Shown here: one piece after another, positions 1-9,534 of the stretch | Layout: each line of letters starts with the position of its first letter | Numbering within the stretch: position 1 is the first letter of the stretch | Notes under the pieces: generated by a model | The model's database searches: none | What the model saw: the letters and a program-made list of their open reading frames with translations, nothing else | What the model was told of the DNA's origin: nothing | DNA from: Pyrobaculum calidifontis JCM 11548 | GTDB taxonomy: Archaea; Thermoproteota; Thermoprotei; Thermoproteales; Thermoproteaceae | DNA length: 32,000 nt | Assembly: GCF_000015805.1 (NCBI RefSeq) | Contig: NC_009073.1 | Location: forward strand, 1,860,001 to 1,892,000 | Direction of reading: 5' to 3' | Made by a program: the position numbers and the translations under genes

Positions 1-996
1 GCGGAGGTGGACTTAAAAGCCTACAAAAAGGCCAAGGAAAGAGGAGAGAAATACGAAGTAAAGGCCAAAGTAAGGGGCAAAGTGAAGCGAGATAGAGGAG
101 ACAGGGGAATGCACTTTGCCGCATGCCCAGAGGCCGTCATGGTGAAAGAGGACGAATACCAAACCGACTTTATGCCAACGCCACTATTCCGAGTCAGAAA
201 CCTAGCTGGAGTCTATGGAATGTTTCAGATAGGACTGGCAGTAAACTATGAGAAGAGGTTTTCCTACGGACTCGCAATTCAAGAGGATATAAAAGACTTA
301 TTCAATGTCGGCGTTAAGATAGAGGGCTTATCATACGCGCTTGGCGCGATGTATTGGGGCAATAAGTTTACTGGCATTCCGGTCTCAGGCGGTAAAATGA
401 TCTACATTTTGACAAAGGGGAAGTATGAGGTGTATAGGATTGACTACTACGCGGGAGATGTCCGCGGATGCCTCATTATAGACCAGGACTGGCTCTACAG
501 AGTCTACCCCACGGCAGTACAAACCTCTGGTAATGAGATAATAATGGGCGACGCCTACATGACAGATGCAGATATTCAGATACCAGGGACGACGACAATC
601 TTTTACAAGAGATACACTGGCACTGGTTCGCCTAATGATAGCCCCATCTATGAAATACAGGTACCCCATCTGGCTGGATGGTTCTATCAGGAGTGCCCTG
701 GTATGTTAGACCGTGTTGAGGTCGGCGCGGGTGTTGACTTGGGTAAGCTGATATTGCGGAAGGCGGCTCAAGCTGGGAAAGTGGTTGCCGAGAGGTTTGC
801 CAAAGTCATTGAACTCGTCGGCGTTGATGTTGCCTGGACTTCTGGAACTAACTTTTTTGTAGTGTTGGGCGGGTTGCGGTTTGACGCCCCCTCTGGCAAG
901 CAGTTTGACTTGTACTTCTATACTACGCAGTACAAGGTGGAGATTCCTTGGTGCGGCCAAGTAGATCTGCCGTTTCTCTACGCGGAGTTTAGGTAG
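1..996 (+). CDS. hypothetical protein, no recognisable family; the frame is open to the window edge, so the 5' end may lie upstream (GTG at 7 is the first in-window start)
   Basis: 329-codon ORF in the track, followed 13 nt downstream by a T7 run. I recognise no motif. It is visibly more A/T-rich than the neighbouring genes (one hand-counted 60-nt line, 541-600, gave 29 G+C). Confidence 0.5.
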   Translation, partial: AEVDLKAYKKAKERGEKYEVKAKVRGKVKRDRGDRGMHFAACPEAVMVKEDEYQTDFMPTPLFRVRNLAGVYGMFQIGLAVNYEKRFSYGLAIQEDIKDLFNVGVKIEGLSYALGAMYWGNKFTGIPVSGGKMIYILTKGKYEVYRIDYYAGDVRGCLIIDQDWLYRVYPTAVQTSGNEIIMGDAYMTDADIQIPGTTTIFYKRYTGTGSPNDSPIYEIQVPHLAGWFYQECPGMLDRVEVGAGVDLGKLILRKAAQAGKVVAERFAKVIELVGVDVAWTSGTNFFVVLGGLRFDAPSGKQFDLYFYTTQYKVEIPWCGQVDLPFLYAEFR

Positions 997-1008
997 TCTA
1001 ACGTACCC

Positions 1009-1015
1009 TTTTTTT
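1009..1015 (+). terminator. oligo-T tract (T7), putative archaeal terminator for the 1-996 gene
   Basis: TTTTTTT lies 13 nt after the TAG at 994-996. Archaeal RNA polymerase terminates at oligo-T runs. A second T6 run (1024-1029) lies inside the convergent gene. Confidence 0.4.
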
Positions 1016-1017
1016 AG

Positions 1018-2364
1018 CTACCCTTTTTTCAGCCTCTCTATGCCTGGGGGCGCGACGCCTCTGCGTTGGACTAGTGCTACTTCGCCGCTGTGGGGTAGGC
1101 CTATGACGGCCACCTGCCCGTAGAGGCCTCCTAGGTCGTATACGTCGCCTGGCTTTGCCCCTGGCACTGGGATTAGCCTCACACCTAGGGTCTTGTCGAG
1201 GTGGACTGCTAGGGCCATGACGTCTGCTATCAGTGCGGCTACGGTGTCTCGCGGGGTTTCGGCGGGTATTCCCACCATGTCCACGCCGGTGTTGCACACC
1301 GCCGCCATGGCCTTGAGGAGGTCGAAGGTTATGTGCCCCTCGGCCGCGGCCTTTGACATGACGGCGTCTTCGCTCACTGGGATAAAGGCGCCGGATAGGC
1401 CTCCCACGGTGGAGGTGGCCATGGCGCCCCCCTTCTTGACCGCGTCTACGAAGAGTGCTAGGGCGAAAACCGTGCCGGGGGACCCGACCCGGGGGAGGCC
1501 CATGGCCTCGAGGATGGCGGCCACGGAGTCTCCCACCTTGGGGGAGGGTGCGACGCTTAGGTCCACGGCCCCGAACTCTACCCCCAGCTCCTTGGCCACC
1601 TCTCTGCCCACCAGCTCCCCGAGGCGCGTTATCTTGAAGGCGGCCCTCTTGATGGCGTCGTGGAGCGTGCGCACGTCTGCGTTTGGCATATTCCGCACCA
1701 CCGCCTCGATGACCCCCGGCCCGCTCACCGCTATGTTCACCACCGCGTCTGGGAGGCCGAGGCCGTGGTAGGCAAGCGGCATGAAGGGGACGTCCTCGGG
1801 GGCGTTGGCGGCGACGGCGAATCTCGCGGCGGCGTGGGGCTTTAGGCTGAGCACCACGTCGGCCGAGGCCCTCACAGCGTCTAAGTTCACCCCAGTGTAG
1901 GTGGAGGCCACGTTGAGAAACCCCGCCAGCCTAGTGGTGGAGTTGAGGACATCCGGAAGCGCCTCGATGAGGGCCCTGTCGCCCCTGGAGGCGCCGGCGT
2001 GTATAAATCCCGAGAAGCCGCCCACCATGTCCACGCCGTATTTCACTGCCAGCTCCTCGAGGCGCCGGGCGGCCTCCAGAGCCGCCTCGGCCTTCCCCGA
2101 GGGCTCTAGGAGGATGGACATGGGCGACACCGCCAGCCTCACGGTCACAATCCTGACGCCCAGCCTAGAGGCCACCTTCTCCACGGCCGGCCTAAGCCTC
2201 TTCAAGTAGGGCAGGAGGACCTCCTCCAGCGCGTCGGCCAGCTCCGCGGCGCTGGGCCTGGCGGCTGGGACCGTGTTTACGCTGAGGGTGACCGCGCGTA
2301 TGTCCAACTCTCTGAAGAGCACCATCTCGAGGACTTCGCCTATCTCCGAGGGGTCGAACCTCAT
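1018..2364 (-). CDS. UPF0210 / DUF711 family protein (PFL-like fold, function unknown)
   Basis: 448 aa. The N-terminus MRFDPSEIGEVLEMV..LDIRAVTLSVN and the overall length match my memory of the UPF0210 family. It overlaps by 4 nt the upstream ACT-domain gene, which is the classical partner. Confidence 0.8.
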   Translation of the reverse strand: MRFDPSEIGEVLEMVLFRELDIRAVTLSVNTVPAARPSAAELADALEEVLLPYLKRLRPAVEKVASRLGVRIVTVRLAVSPMSILLEPSGKAEAALEAARRLEELAVKYGVDMVGGFSGFIHAGASRGDRALIEALPDVLNSTTRLAGFLNVASTYTGVNLDAVRASADVVLSLKPHAAARFAVAANAPEDVPFMPLAYHGLGLPDAVVNIAVSGPGVIEAVVRNMPNADVRTLHDAIKRAAFKITRLGELVGREVAKELGVEFGAVDLSVAPSPKVGDSVAAILEAMGLPRVGSPGTVFALALFVDAVKKGGAMATSTVGGLSGAFIPVSEDAVMSKAAAEGHITFDLLKAMAAVCNTGVDMVGIPAETPRDTVAALIADVMALAVHLDKTLGVRLIPVPGAKPGDVYDLGGLYGQVAVIGLPHSGEVALVQRRGVAPPGIERLKKG

Positions 2365-2636
2365 ATCCTCTGCATGTAGCGAAACACGTCGATGTGGTGT
2401 ACCGCCACCATGACGCCCAGCCGCCTCCCCTCCTCCTCCAGCTCTCTCCTAAGCGCGGCGATGTCCACATCCGCCTTAGACACGTCGACGATCATGACCA
2501 TGGAGAATATGTCCTTTACAACGGTTTGAGATATGTCCACGATGTTCGCGTTGTGCTTGGCCAGCACGGAGGCTATGCCGGCCACTATGCCCACTCTGTC
2601 TGCGCCGAGGACGCTCACTACCACGTAGTCGCCCAT
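2361..2636 (-). CDS. ACT domain protein (UPF0237 family)
   Basis: 91 aa. VVVSVLGADRVGIVAGIASVLAKHNANIVDISQTV is a typical ACT beta-alpha-beta start. It overlaps the UPF0210 gene by ATGA. A TATA box lies about 21 nt upstream. Confidence 0.8.
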   Translation of the reverse strand: MGDYVVVSVLGADRVGIVAGIASVLAKHNANIVDISQTVVKDIFSMVMIVDVSKADVDIAALRRELEEEGRRLGVMVAVHHIDVFRYMQRI

Positions 2637-2652
2637 GGCTAAAAGTCGCCCG

Positions 2653-2661
2653 TATTTAAAA
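2653..2661 (-). promoter_or_regulatory. TATA box (TATTTAAAA / TTTTAAATA) for the ACT-UPF0210 operon
   Basis: A/T-rich octamer centred about 21 nt upstream of the ATG at 2636. The same spacing recurs at many genes in this window. Confidence 0.55.
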
Positions 2662-2726
2662 TGTGCTCAAGAGAGGTTTCAAAACTTGGCGAAGGCATCT
2701 ATTTATGGATGGGCGAATTTTCTCAT

Positions 2727-3497
2727 ATGAAAATCGCCGTGTTGGTAAAGACGGCGCTGGACACAGGCCAGCTCAGGGTGAGAGACACCGTCGTAGTGGA
2801 GGAGACGCCGCTTAAGATAAGCGACATTGACAGAAACGCGGTTGAGGAGGCGGTGAAGCTCAAGGGGCAGGGCCAGGCCTACGGGGTCACGGTGTTGAAG
2901 TGGGGGCCGCTACAGAAGAGAGTGCAGGAGGCTGAGAACGTCCTAAGAGAGGCCTTGGCCATGGGCCTCGACGAGGCGTACCTAGTGGCAGACGAGGCCC
3001 TCCTCAACGCCAGCCACGTGGCCACGGCCAAGGCGATAGCCGCCGTGGTGAAAAAGGTTGGGGCAGACCTCGTGTTGGCGGGCGAGGCCACCGTTGACAA
3101 CTACACTGGGCAAATCCCCGCGAGAGTGGCGGCGGAGCTGGGGTGGCCGGTGATCACATACGCCAGAGAGCTTAAGGTGGAGGGCGGCAAAGTGGTGGCC
3201 AAGAGGGACTTAGAAGACCGGGTGGAGGTGGTGGAGGCGCCCCTCCCCGCGGTGGTCTCTGTGACTAGGGAGATAAACCAGCCCAGGATACCCACGCTTC
3301 TAGCCATTAGGGCGGCCATGAAGAAGCCTGTGCACAAGCTGACGCTCGGCGACTTGGGTATTTCCCTAGACGTGAAGGCCAAGGCGTCGTACAAGCCCGT
3401 GGTAATTCAGCGCAAGAAGGTCATCATCAAGGACGGCACGCCCGAGGAAAAGGCGGAGAAGCTTATACAGTACCTGAGGCAGGAGGGGGTGGTATGA
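2727..3497 (+). CDS. etfB: electron transfer flavoprotein, beta subunit
   Basis: The ORF track starts at 2661, but the ETF-beta-like sequence begins MKIAVLVKTALD at the ATG at 2727. A TATA-like CTATTTAT lies about 25 nt upstream. The stop overlaps the etfA start (ATGA). Confidence 0.85.
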   Translation: MKIAVLVKTALDTGQLRVRDTVVVEETPLKISDIDRNAVEEAVKLKGQGQAYGVTVLKWGPLQKRVQEAENVLREALAMGLDEAYLVADEALLNASHVATAKAIAAVVKKVGADLVLAGEATVDNYTGQIPARVAAELGWPVITYARELKVEGGKVVAKRDLEDRVEVVEAPLPAVVSVTREINQPRIPTLLAIRAAMKKPVHKLTLGDLGISLDVKAKASYKPVVIQRKKVIIKDGTPEEKAEKLIQYLRQEGVV

Positions 3498-4390
3498 AGG
3501 CGCTAGTCGTTTTCCCGAACAAGGAGTTGCTCTACGCTGCCTCTACGCTGGGCGAGGTGGGCGCCCTAGTCTTCAGCGACGCGGAGGCGGCCGCAGTGTC
3601 TGGAAAGGCAAGCAAGGTGTACGTGGCCGCTGTGGACCCACGCGTGCCAGAGCTTGTGGCCGAGGCGGCGGCGAAGGCGGCGGGCGGCTACGACGTAGTG
3701 CTGTTGCCCTCCACCAAGAACGCCAAGACCGTGGGCGGCCTGTTGGCCCAGCGGCTGGGGGCCGAGTTTTTGACCGACGTCCTGTCGCTGAAGGCGGAGG
3801 GGGGCGTGGTGAAGGCTGAGCGCTACGTGTTTGGAAACAAGGCGGTGGCCGCCGTAGAGTCGCCGACGCCGGTGGTTGTGTCAATAGCGCCGGGCAGATT
3901 CCAAGGCGAGCCGCCAGCCGTGCAGAGCTCCGTGGAGAAGATACAGGTAGACGCAGCGCCGAAGACGAGGGTTGTGGCAGTGGAGGAGAAGGCAAAGGGC
4001 GCCGTGAGGCTTGAGGAGGCCGAAATCATAGTATCCGTGGGAAGGGGCTTTAAGAAGAAGGAAGATATACAAATGGCCTTTGAGCTTGCCAAGATACTCG
4101 GCGGCCAAGTGGGCTGTTCACGCCCAATAGCGGCCGACCTCAAGTGGCTGCCAGAAGAGCACTGGGTCGGCCTCTCTGGGAAGAAGGTTAAGCCGAAGCT
4201 CTACCTAGCGATAGGCATATCTGGCCAGCCCCAGCACATCGCCGGCATTTTAGACAGCAGGATTATAGCCGCCATAAACAGCGACCCCGCGGCCCCCATC
4301 TTCCAATACGCCGACTACGGAGTGGTAGAAGACCTCTACAAAATCGTGCCGATACTTATAAACAAGCTGTCTAAGCTAAAATCGGCCTAA
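3494..4390 (+). CDS. etfA: electron transfer flavoprotein, alpha subunit
   Basis: The C-terminal FAD-binding region (IVSVGRG...[44 protein letters not shown]) matches the ETF-alpha signature region. Confidence 0.9.
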   Translation: MKALVVFPNKELLYAASTLGEVGALVFSDAEAAAVSGKASKVYVAAVDPRVPELVAEAAAKAAGGYDVVLLPSTKNAKTVGGLLAQRLGAEFLTDVLSLKAEGGVVKAERYVFGNKAVAAVESPTPVVVSIAPGRFQGEPPAVQSSVEKIQVDAAPKTRVVAVEEKAKGAVRLEEAEIIVSVGRGFKKKEDIQMAFELAKILGGQVGCSRPIAADLKWLPEEHWVGLSGKKVKPKLYLAIGISGQPQHIAGILDSRIIAAINSDPAAPIFQYADYGVVEDLYKIVPILINKLSKLKSA

Positions 4391-4998
4391 ATCAAAACCT
4401 GCAATTTTACCTCCTCCTCCCTCGCCCCGTTTTTGTCTATTACCACTAGGTCTATCCCGCCGCCTGAGACTGGGTCCCGCTCCAGCGCCGCCTTGAGTGC
4501 TTGGACGGCGAGCTTCTTTGCGTCTTGGAGCGACATGTCTGGCTTATACGAGGCGTCTATTATGGCAATCGCGAGCTTCGCCCCGGTGCCCAACGCCGCG
4601 TAGTTGTCCTCGATGAGGCTGCCCAGGGGGTCCATGACGATGAGGTGGGGCCCCTCGTCGTCTATGCCGCCGACGAGCACCTCGGCGAAGAACGGCATAA
4701 ACCGCCTAGAGAACATCACCACAGACAGCAACTTGGCCATGGCATGCACCGAGGGCTTCCTCTTCATCTCAAGCTCATACGCCTTTGCGTTTAATTTGAG
4801 GATCTTGGCCAGCGTCTGCATGTCGGCGATGATGCCCGCCGACGCTATGGCCAGCCTGTCGTTTACAATGAACACCTTCTTCCCCGCCGTGCTAAGCGTA
4901 TAGAATCCGTAGGAGACCCTTTTCTCCGCGGCGAGCACTACGCCCTCCTTAGTCTTTATGCCCACCGCTGTGGCGCCTATAGACACCTCCTCTCCCAT
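4387..4998 (-). CDS. psmB: proteasome subunit beta
   Basis: 203 aa. A short propeptide is followed by [20 protein letters not shown] (N-terminal Thr nucleophile context), with a typical archaeal beta-subunit body. Confidence 0.9.
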   Translation of the reverse strand: MGEEVSIGATAVGIKTKEGVVLAAEKRVSYGFYTLSTAGKKVFIVNDRLAIASAGIIADMQTLAKILKLNAKAYELEMKRKPSVHAMAKLLSVVMFSRRFMPFFAEVLVGGIDDEGPHLIVMDPLGSLIEDNYAALGTGAKLAIAIIDASYKPDMSLQDAKKLAVQALKAALERDPVSGGGIDLVVIDKNGAREEEVKLQVLI

Positions 4999-5017
4999 GG
5001 CCTACGCCACGTGCCCC

Positions 5018-5031
5018 ATTTTTAAATATAT
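5018..5031. promoter_or_regulatory. shared, near-palindromic TATA element (ATTTTTAAATATAT) between divergent psmB and rtcA
   Basis: Centred about 27 nt from the psmB ATG (4998) and about 22 nt from the rtcA TTG (5047). Confidence 0.55.
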
Positions 5032-5046
5032 CGCGGCACAACATTT

Positions 5047-6114
5047 TTGACCCACGGCAATACTGGAGGCGTGATTCGCATTGACGGATCGTACGGGGAG
5101 GGAGGCGGCCAAATTCTCCGGACTGCCATTGCACTGTCGGCACTTTTGGGAGTCCCGGTTGAGGTCTTCAATATTAGGGCGAAGCGGGCCAACCCAGGCC
5201 TACAGCCCCAGCACCTCACCGGCGTAAACGCCGCGGCTCTGTTGACAGACGCCGAGCTGGAGGGGGCGGCCAAGGGGTCCACTAGGCTGGTGTTTAAGCC
5301 CAAGACTATTAAGTGCGGCGGCTTTCAGATCGACATCGGCACGGCGGGTAGCATCTCGCTGGTTATTCAGACGTTGACTCCCATTGCCCTCTTCGCACCG
5401 TGCCCCGTGAGGCTGAGCATCACGGGGGGCACCGACGTGGCGTGGGCGCCGCCCATAGACTACATGAGGTTCGTCTTTGCGCCAGTGGTGGGGAGATTTG
5501 GCGGCCGGGTTAAGATCGAGGTGTTGAGGCGGGGGCACTACCCCAAGGGCGGCGGGCGCGTGGAGGTGGAGGTGGCGCCCGTGGACGTGCTAAAGCCCGT
5601 CGACGCGGTGGACTTTGGGAAAGTGTTGAAGATCCGCGGTATTTCGCATGCCGTCAATCTCCCGGCCCACGTGGCGGAGAGGCAGGCAAGGGCCGCGGCC
5701 GAGGCCTTGGCCAAGGAGGGGTACGCCGCCGACATCTCCACCGAGGTGAGAAACGACGGGCTGGGCCCCGGCTCTGGGGTCGTCCTGTGGGCCGAGTCAG
5801 ACGTGGGCAACGTGGTGGGGGGAGACGCCCTGGGCGAGAGGGGGAAGCCCGCGGAGGCCGTGGGGAGGGAGGCCGCCGAGAAGTTGCTCACGGCGCTTAA
5901 GTCGGGCGCCTCTGTGGACTCCCACATGGCCGACATGGCCGTGGTGTATATGGCCCTCGCAGAGGGCGTCAGCCGCATCACTACGCCGGAGCTCACCCTG
6001 CACCTCCAGACGAATATGTACATAGTGGAGCGCTTTCTCCCAGTCAAGTTTAGAGTGGAGAAGCTTGGCCAACGCCACTTGATCGAGGTCAACGGCGTGG
6101 GCCGCCGGCGCTAG
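5047..6114 (+). CDS. rtcA: RNA 3'-terminal phosphate cyclase
   Basis: [24 protein letters not shown].. and the C-terminal VDSHMADM (adenylylated His region) are RtcA hallmarks. The start is TTG at 5047 or GTG at 5071. Confidence 0.9.
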
Positions 6115-7157
6115 GCCCTCCTCCGAATCTCCCGCAGCTTCTCCAAGGCCAGCGGGACGTAGTACTTGTTCAACACGTAGTCCACCACCTCCCTTGTTCC
6201 GTGGCAGTTTAGCGTAGAGATGTGGGCCACTGGGTTGAACAACTCCCTGGCCTTCTCTAGCTCCTCCTGCGTGGCTATGTCCACCTTGTTTACCACAGCG
6301 ACTGTGGGGGCCTCAAAGCTCGTCTTAATCTCGTCGTAGAGCCTCTTCTGCATTTCTAAGCTGTAGCCGCTGTGGGGGGTGGGGTCCACGAGGAAGAGGA
6401 TCACGTTGGCCAAGTGGCGCAGGGCGAGCACGGCCTGCCGCTCAATGGCGTTGCGCTCGGCCAGCGGCCTGTCTAAGAGGCCCGGCGTGTCGACAATCTG
6501 GACCTTGTCCCCCTTTAGGATGATGTGGCCCAGGTGGATCTGCTTAGTTGTGAAGGGGTACTCAGCCACCTCGGGCTCCGCGGTGGACACGCACCTCACG
6601 AAGCTACTCTTCCCCACGTTGGGCGCCCCCGCGACGGCGATTGTGAAGAGCGTGGGGTCCACCGACGGTAGCTTTCTAAGGTAGATCACGACTTCTCTGA
6701 GCTTGTCGAGCTCCGGCGCCAAGTCCCTCAGTAGGTCTATAACTCTGGCTTGGTACATCTTCCTCGCCTTGTAGAGCTGGCTCTTGTCCGCCGCCGTCCT
6801 CACGGCCGTGATAGCCTCCTTGGCTATGGCTTTTATGGCGATGTGGGCGTTGCCCACCTTAGCCACCGCGTGTTTATACACCTGCGCGCCGTATACCACG
6901 TCTATGAGCTCTCTGTAGAAGGGGTGCAACTTGTCGAGAAAGGGCATTCTAAGCGCCATGTCCCTAAGAGTCGAGGCGAGAAGCTTGCCCGAGGTCACTA
7001 TCCGCCTAATCTCCAGCCTCTTCTGTTTCACAAAGGCGGGCTCAGCCGTGGAGCCCCTAGCCTCCTCTCGGGCATAGGCGGTGAGAAACATAGAGATGAG
7101 CTCGTCGGCGGTGTATATGTAGGGCAACTTGGCCTTATCCACGACCTCGAAAGACAC
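6111..7157 (-). CDS. NOG1-family GTP-binding protein (archaeal Nog1-like GTPase)
   Basis: G1 [10 protein letters not shown]3 DTPG and G4 NKVD motifs, preceded by the long helical N-terminal domain typical of NOG1. GTG start. Convergent 4-nt overlap with rtcA. Confidence 0.8.
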
Positions 7158-7176
7158 GAGGCGGATTGGGCACCGC

Positions 7177-7196
7177 TATATAAACGTATTTAAAAG
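7177..7196 (-). promoter_or_regulatory. TATA-rich element (TATATAAACGTATTTAAAAG) upstream of the NOG1-like gene
   Basis: TTTATATA on the minus strand is centred about 23 nt upstream of the GTG at 7157. The second box, ATTTAAAA, could also fire on the plus strand (see findings). Confidence 0.5.
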
Positions 7197-7458
7197 CCCT
7201 TTCCATGCGGTGAACTTCGGTAAGAAGATGTGTCTCAACTACCTCGACCCCGGCGTTCCAAATCCCTTGACCGCTACTTTACGCCCTCCCTTATAGGCTG
7301 GCATGTGTTATCACTCTATCTTACGCCTAACAGCCCTAGATTGGCGTTGGTAAGGTAGATGTATAGTACGCCGTTTTTGTCGTACTTTACCTCAATTCCC
7401 CTGTCCAATGGCTTGCGAACTTCAACACTTCTACTCTTTGTTTAAACGTCGTTGGGGT

Positions 7459-8384
7459 TTATTGCCGAAGTCGCTTTGCTGCGGCCGTGTACCACACCAC
7501 GAATACTACCGTGGCGATTATGATGAGAGGCGCCGTGGTCAAGAGGTAGTACGAATACCCCATTAAGCTTATAAGGACGCCGGCAATCAGCGGAGCGGGG
7601 ATCGAGGTTAAAGACTGGAGCGCCTCTATCGACGAGAATACAGTGAGAGTCTCTGCATCGCCCTTGGAGAAACCTCTTACAAATTTCTGAAAATTCGGGA
7701 TGTAAAGCGACGGCGATAGACTAAAGGCTAGTATGGCAACTCCAACAAGCGCGATTTTACCAACGTCGCTAGGCGCGTAGTATCCAAGCGAAAGAGACAA
7801 GTACCCCAAAGCTATAACGACGCTGGACAGCGCTATGAAGTGCACAGGCTTGTTCACCCTATCCGCCACCGCGCCCATAATGGGCGCGAGAATTAGAAAC
7901 CCAGCTTCAATTGCCGCAGTTGCTATGCCAGCGGGCAGAGGGCCCCCGAGAAGGTCCCAGAGGACGATCACCGAGTACACCGCCACGCCAGTTTCAAAGA
8001 AGGAGGTAACAACATCGTAGACAATTACGGGGTTAGAGACTATGGCCCGCAGTCTGCGGAGAGAGTCTCTTAAGCTACCAGCGACTTCTCCGGGACAACA
8101 ATGTTGACCAGGGATCTATTGAACGGCCTTAAACCCATATACAAGCCCGCAAACAGCGCCACAAATACGACGAGTTCAAGCGTCCCCCTAACGACAGTGA
8201 ACAACGGAAAGAGGACGGCCATGAGCACCGTCATGAGGGGCATCAGCAGGAACGACCTTGGCCCCGCCCTCAGAGACAGCGCAGTAGCCAGAGCCACGAC
8301 AACAAACGTCACCGCTTTCTCAAGCGAGTACGCCACCCCAATGACCTCTTCGCCAACTCCCCTCTCCCTCAACAACGCCGGCAA
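7459..8384 (-). pseudogene. MFS-type transporter remnant (frameshifted, internally deleted)
   Basis: There are two hydrophobic ORFs (8384-8070 and 7986-7459) in different frames. The downstream frame is open from about 8104. The N fragment carries a ..LSLRAGPRSFLL.. loop and the C fragment carries ..GAVADRVNKPVHF.. These resemble the MFS TM2-3 and TM8-9 'G-x-L-x-DR-x-G-R' loops. The segment expected between them (TM5-6) is absent. A TM1-like peptide (FPLVAVGVVVALLMYMALMTL*) sits in yet another frame at 8404-8469. Confidence 0.55.
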
Positions 8385-8507
8385 AAAACTAGAGAAGCCC
8401 TTGTAACTATAAAGTCATAAGAGCCATGTACATGAGGAGGGCTACTACCACGCCCACTGCCACCAAAGGGAATTATGAACGTATTTAAAAAGCCAGTAGT
8501 CTATGCC

Positions 8508-9284
8508 GTGGTCATAGCCCTGTTGACCGACTTCGGGACCAAGGACTACTTCGTGGCGGCGATGAAGGGGGTCATCCTCTCCATAAACCCCAACGCCGTG
8601 GTAGTAGACATAACCCACGAGGTGCCGCCGCAGGACGTGTGGACGGGGGCCTTCGTGCTCAAGTCCGTGTACAAGTGGTTTCCCCGAGGCACAATCTTCG
8701 TGGCAGTGGTGGACCCAGGCGTGGGAACCGAGAGGGCGCCCCTCCTGCTCCAGACAAGGAACTACTTCTTCGTAGGCCCAGACAACGGCGTACTCTCCCT
8801 AGCCGCCCAAGAGGACGGGGTAGTGGCGGCGTACCGCATTGAGGCGAGGCTCCCCAGGGTCTCTAGGACCTTCCACGGACGGGACGTGTTTGCCCCAGCG
8901 GCGGCCTACCTGTCGCTGGGCATTAGCCCCTCCATGCTGGGAGCGCCCATGGGCCAATGGAAGAGGCTAGAGGCGCCCCGCGCAGAGTACAGAGAAGGCG
9001 CGCTTTACGCCCACACGATCTACGTGGACAGATTTGGCAACGTCTACACCTCGGCCACCGAGGAGGACGTCAGACAGCTGGCGTCCCCCGGCGACGTCCT
9101 CTGCGTAGAGGGGCCGGCCACGATCAGGGCTCGGTACGTGGAGGCCTACGGCTACGCCTCGCCCGGGGAGACGGTGGCCCTGATAAACAGCGAGGGGTAC
9201 CTAGAGCTGGCCATCTCCATGGGAAACGCCGCGGCCACCTACGGCCTAAAGCCGGGGCAAGCGATAAAAATACGGAGGTGTTGA
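8508..9284 (+). CDS. SAM hydrolase / SAM-dependent halogenase family protein (DUF62)
   Basis: LLTDFGTKDYFVAAMKGV.., VVDPGVGTER, FVGPDNGVL and FHGRDVFAPAAAYL are DUF62 motifs. The ORF track starts at 8475, but a TATTTAAAA box at 8482-8490 lies inside that extension, about 22 nt before the in-frame GTG at 8508 (MVIALLTDFG). Confidence 0.85.
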   Translation: MVIALLTDFGTKDYFVAAMKGVILSINPNAVVVDITHEVPPQDVWTGAFVLKSVYKWFPRGTIFVAVVDPGVGTERAPLLLQTRNYFFVGPDNGVLSLAAQEDGVVAAYRIEARLPRVSRTFHGRDVFAPAAAYLSLGISPSMLGAPMGQWKRLEAPRAEYREGALYAHTIYVDRFGNVYTSATEEDVRQLASPGDVLCVEGPATIRARYVEAYGYASPGETVALINSEGYLELAISMGNAAATYGLKPGQAIKIRRC

Positions 9285-9534
9285 CGCACGTGATGACCTA
9301 GCGCCGCCGCACTGAGACGTGAGGACGGCCATCCTATCTGACCTTTGAAAACGCCCAGTAGTCCTTAGACAAGTTGTAGAGGTCGTAGGTGTAGGCTCCA
9401 GACCCGTGGTGGGCCACTGGCGTACGTGGAGTATTCATTGAAGCCCAGGCGGGCCTCTCTGCCCCAGAGAAAAGCTCTGTCGAGTTTAAATGTTTTCCAG
9501 CTAACAGTACCGAGTGCGGGAAGGGTAAAGAGAA

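Noticed and set aside
998-2470. ORFs 998-1297, 1193-1771, 1455-1637, 1660-1845, 1901-2209 and 2192-2470 inside or antisense to the UPF0210 gene
   Set aside because: They have shadow-ORF composition (R/P/S/A-rich), and all are nested in a 448-aa gene with a clear family assignment.
3360-3431. C/D-box sRNA candidate on the minus strand (ATGATGA followed 10 nt later by CTGA), antisense to etfB
   Set aside because: There is no C' box and no terminal D box at the expected 50-60 nt distance, and no terminal stem. It is probably a chance match. Similar partial matches at 7519-7525 (plus strand) and 28942-28948 (minus strand, GTGATGA) fail for the same reason.
5538-6092. 184-aa minus-strand ORF (and 5797-6078, 5200-5538, 5022-5303) antisense to rtcA
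   Set aside because: They are antisense to a confidently identified gene, with low-complexity S/T/A/P-rich translations.
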